Below are positions 61,366 through 64,000 of a DNA stretch of 64,000 bases, piece after piece (position 1 is the first letter of the stretch; every line of letters begins with the position of its first letter). The position numbers and the translations under genes were made by a program. This DNA comes from Candidatus Cloacimonadales bacterium (GTDB taxonomy: Bacteria; Cloacimonadota; Cloacimonadia; Cloacimonadales; JAIOQZ01): the NCBI GenBank assembly GCA_963674825.1, contig OY771587.1:1376001-1440000 (forward strand). Direction: 5' to 3'. Under the pieces are notes generated by a model. It ran no database searches. It worked only from the letters and a program-made list of their open reading frames with translations, and was not told the DNA's origin.

Positions 61366-62543
61366 ACCAGCTTTTTTTACGCACAATCGACCGCCGCATC
61401 ACCTACGGCGAGCTGTTTGAAGATATCAACCGCAACCCGGTGTGGTCGGACGAAGACCTCTATGCGATCTTCCGCACGATCCTGATCTCGCTTCTGGCGG
61501 ACAAACCTGTCATTCTGCCCGATGAATCGCAGCACGATCGCTCATCAATTCCGCAGCAGTACAACTTTCCGCCGATCGAATCGATGGACGACTTCCTGCG
61601 TCGCATCCGATCCGCGTTGAACTGGCGTATCGAGCTTTTCACATCCGGCACAACCGGCATCCCGAAGCGGATTTCACATCGGCTCGAGACGTTGATTCGA
61701 ACCGCATCAATAAACGAGCGACACCGAGACGATATATGGGGATTCGCATACAGCGCACGACATATCGCGGGTTTGCAAGTGTTCTTTCAGGCAGTGCTGA
61801 ACGGCAATCCGTTGGTCGAGCTCTTCATGCTTCCACGTGAGAAAATCCTTGATCGTATTGAAACGGATGGCATCACCCACATCTCCGCGACCCCAACTTT
61901 CTACCGTATGTTATTGCCTTGCGACCAGGCATTTCCCAATGTCAGGCGCATTACCTTCGGGGGTGAAAAGCTGGACGACGGACTATTGGGAGCGCTCGAA
62001 AAGGTTTTTCCCAATGCGAAGTTCACCAATATCTACGCTTCCACCGAGGCAGGGACATTGCTGAATGCGGAAGGAAGCTGGTTCCGGGTAAGGCCGGAGC
62101 TCAGCGGGAAAATTCGTATCGAAGGCAAAGAACTTCTGATACATCGCTGTTTGATGGGGGATTCAGATGCGATCGAGCTGGATGGCAACTGGTATCGGAG
62201 CGGTGATATCGTGGAGATCGACCCGAACGACCCGGAACGATTCCGGTTTAGACACCGCAACAATGAGATGATCAATGTGGGCGGATTCAAGGTCAATCCG
62301 CACGATGTGGAAGATGCGCTCAGAAAGCATCCGGCAGTGCGCAACGCGCAGGTTTACGGCAAGCAGAACCGCATCACCGGGAATATCTTATGTTGCCGGA
62401 TCGAGGCTTTCCAGCCACACCCAACCGTACGCGATATCCGGGCTTTTCTTGAAAAATCATTGCCTGATTTCAGCATACCGCGTATGATCGAATTCACCGA
62501 TAATCTTGAAACTACCGTAACTGGTAAATTGAGGCGAACATGA
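61362..62543 (+). CDS. Short AMP-binding (ANL) acyl-ACP/CoA ligase
   Basis: FTSGTTGIPK, YASTE, WYRSGD, INVGGFKV and TGK motifs. Confidence 0.88.
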   Translation: MNQLFLRTIDRRITYGELFEDINRNPVWSDEDLYAIFRTILISLLADKPVILPDESQHDRSSIPQQYNFPPIESMDDFLRRIRSALNWRIELFTSGTTGIPKRISHRLETLIRTASINERHRDDIWGFAYSARHIAGLQVFFQAVLNGNPLVELFMLPREKILDRIETDGITHISATPTFYRMLLPCDQAFPNVRRITFGGEKLDDGLLGALEKVFPNAKFTNIYASTEAGTLLNAEGSWFRVRPELSGKIRIEGKELLIHRCLMGDSDAIELDGNWYRSGDIVEIDPNDPERFRFRHRNNEMINVGGFKVNPHDVEDALRKHPAVRNAQVYGKQNRITGNILCCRIEAFQPHPTVRDIRAFLEKSLPDFSIPRMIEFTDNLETTVTGKLRRT

Positions 62544-63262
62544 AAAGCATCCTTCTGACCGGTATTTCTCGCGGACTCGGGCTCGAGACCGCTCGTTACC
62601 TGCTGGAGAACGGCTACCGTGTGTACGGAATTAGTCGCTCCATTCCGGACGATCTGGAAGCCCTGCGCAAGGTGCATCCCGAAAACCTGAAGCTGTTCCG
62701 GTTCGACCTCCTGCACGCGGAAGAATCGAAGGACATCTTCGAGAAGTTCATCGATCTGGAAACGCCGATCCACGGGCTGGTCAACAACGCAGCCATGGCC
62801 TACGACGATATCGTGACCAACCTCAGAATGGAGCCCCTGGAAAAGATGTTTCGCGTTAACGTATACGCACCGATGTTCCTAACGCGCCACGCGATCCGCA
62901 ATATGCTGTTTCACCGTGTCGCCGGCAGCATCGTGCATATCTCGTCCATCAGCGTCCATACCGGTTACAAGGGACTGGCCATGTATGCATCCACCAAGGG
63001 AGCGCTGGAGGCTTTCTCCAAGAATACCGCCCGGGAATGGGGCAGCCGTGGAATACGCTCCAATTGCGTTGTCGCAGGATTCATGGAAACAGAGATGAAC
63101 CGTGAATTGGGTGAAGAGACACGAGCGAAAATTTACCGCCGTACTGCATTGCAGAGAGAGACCAGCAAAGAATCTGTCGCCGCAATGGTAGAATTTCTGC
63201 TTTCCGACCGTTCCAGCTCGGTGACCGGCCAGAACTTGCATGTCGATTCGGGAACGATTTAG
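62540..63262 (+). CDS. SDR family 3-oxoacyl-ACP reductase-like protein
   Basis: TGISRGLG, VNNAA, YASTK and GFMETEM motifs; ATGA coupling. Confidence 0.88.
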   Translation: MKSILLTGISRGLGLETARYLLENGYRVYGISRSIPDDLEALRKVHPENLKLFRFDLLHAEESKDIFEKFIDLETPIHGLVNNAAMAYDDIVTNLRMEPLEKMFRVNVYAPMFLTRHAIRNMLFHRVAGSIVHISSISVHTGYKGLAMYASTKGALEAFSKNTAREWGSRGIRSNCVVAGFMETEMNRELGEETRAKIYRRTALQRETSKESVAAMVEFLLSDRSSSVTGQNLHVDSGTI

Positions 63263-64000
63263 TCGAACCTGACCTCAACGATGATGCGATTGTTGTTTCC
63301 GGCCTCAATATCGACAAAATGAATTTTCGCCGAATAGGCCTCCTTACTCAAACGCTTGTATAACACTCTCGCAACCGGACGTCGGAAATAGCCAAGCTGC
63401 TTGCCGTTCTCAAGATAGACACCCACCGCAAAATCATCGTAGTCATTAAACGATTCCAGGATCAGATTTACTCTCTGCCCTTCTTGCAGGTTGCGCATCA
63501 GCTCTGAATTGATATGATACTTATCTCCTACAACGCGCGGATAGAAAAACTTACTGCTCTTTAACCATTTTTTGAAGCTGGTTGAAGATACCTTGCGATC
63601 TGTCCCAATGGTCAATTCCTCCAGAATCCCCTTTAGCTTGACATCGATATGCTTGTAGTTTGATTCGTGCCAGTTTTCGTAGATCATGGAGAACACATAG
63701 CGATAGAATGCCTCGGGATCGGACTGATAAAACCACCCGGCATCATAGACGGATGGAAGCGAATCGAGATACTTCTCCCACACAGCATAGCAACTCTTAT
63801 GGTCCAGAACGAGGATCTTCGCGAAGTTCAGTATCCTGTCCGTAGGAATCACATGACCGGCCTTTTTACCGAGCCGCCAGGTCTTGATCTCGATCGGGAC
63901 ATCAAAGATGTTGAAGAGTACTGTGCGAGAATCCTTTTTCGCGATCAGCTCGCGCAGTTCTTTGGAATCTTCCATATGAATGAATTGTTTACCAGGCAGC
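63259..64000 (-). CDS. HIRAN-domain protein; 5' end possibly beyond the window
   Basis: C-terminal VVGDKY...ESFNDYDDFAVGV...LGYF; the frame stays open from ATG 63975 to the window edge. Confidence 0.72.
   Translation of the reverse strand, partial: LPGKQFIHMEDSKELRELIAKKDSRTVLFNIFDVPIEIKTWRLGKKAGHVIPTDRILNFAKILVLDHKSCYAVWEKYLDSLPSVYDAGWFYQSDPEAFYRYVFSMIYENWHESNYKHIDVKLKGILEELTIGTDRKVSSTSFKKWLKSSKFFYPRVVGDKYHINSELMRNLQEGQRVNLILESFNDYDDFAVGVYLENGKQLGYFRRPVARVLYKRLSKEAYSAKIHFVDIEAGNNNRIIVEVRFD

Noticed and set aside
60576..63262. NRPS/PKS secondary-metabolite cluster
   Set aside because: No condensation or ketosynthase domain; the VioB/AntD-like gene points to sugar acylation
1..64000. CRISPR array, IS, prophage, integron or diversity-generating retroelement
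   Set aside because: No repeat-spacer array, transposase, integrase, phage structural gene or reverse transcriptase recognised

Overview
Bacterial chromosomal window of mostly housekeeping and envelope genes. The FlgD-Ig/T9SS-type C-terminal domain, the gingipain-like C25 protein and the sAC-like cyclase suggest an anaerobic diderm such as Ca. Cloacimonadota (inference). It holds about 50 CDS (ogt, tpx, ndk, gpsA, mscS, truA, rfbF/rfbG, purL and others) and a tRNA cluster of Lys, Glu, Glu, Glu. I saw no integrase, transposase, CRISPR array or rRNA. Main observations: (1) two large secreted-protein genes are each split by a single in-frame stop (TAA 44882-44884; TAG 58688-58690, at a conserved Trp position of a repeat); (2) a viosamine/anthrose-like amino-sugar pathway is split over 32 kb, with a vioA-like gene beside a GT-C/GtrA/CDP-sugar locus and a vioB/antD-like acyltransferase in an ACP/acyl-ligase/reductase cassette; (3) a similar FN3-like C-terminal module ends two unrelated secreted enzymes and is a candidate sorting tag; (4) an NlpC/P60-beta-helix protein is coupled to a secreted partner; (5) a V4R-like/sAC-NTPase-TPR/AsnB-like operon; (6) several unusual fusions. 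All family calls come from motif recognition by eye, not database searches.
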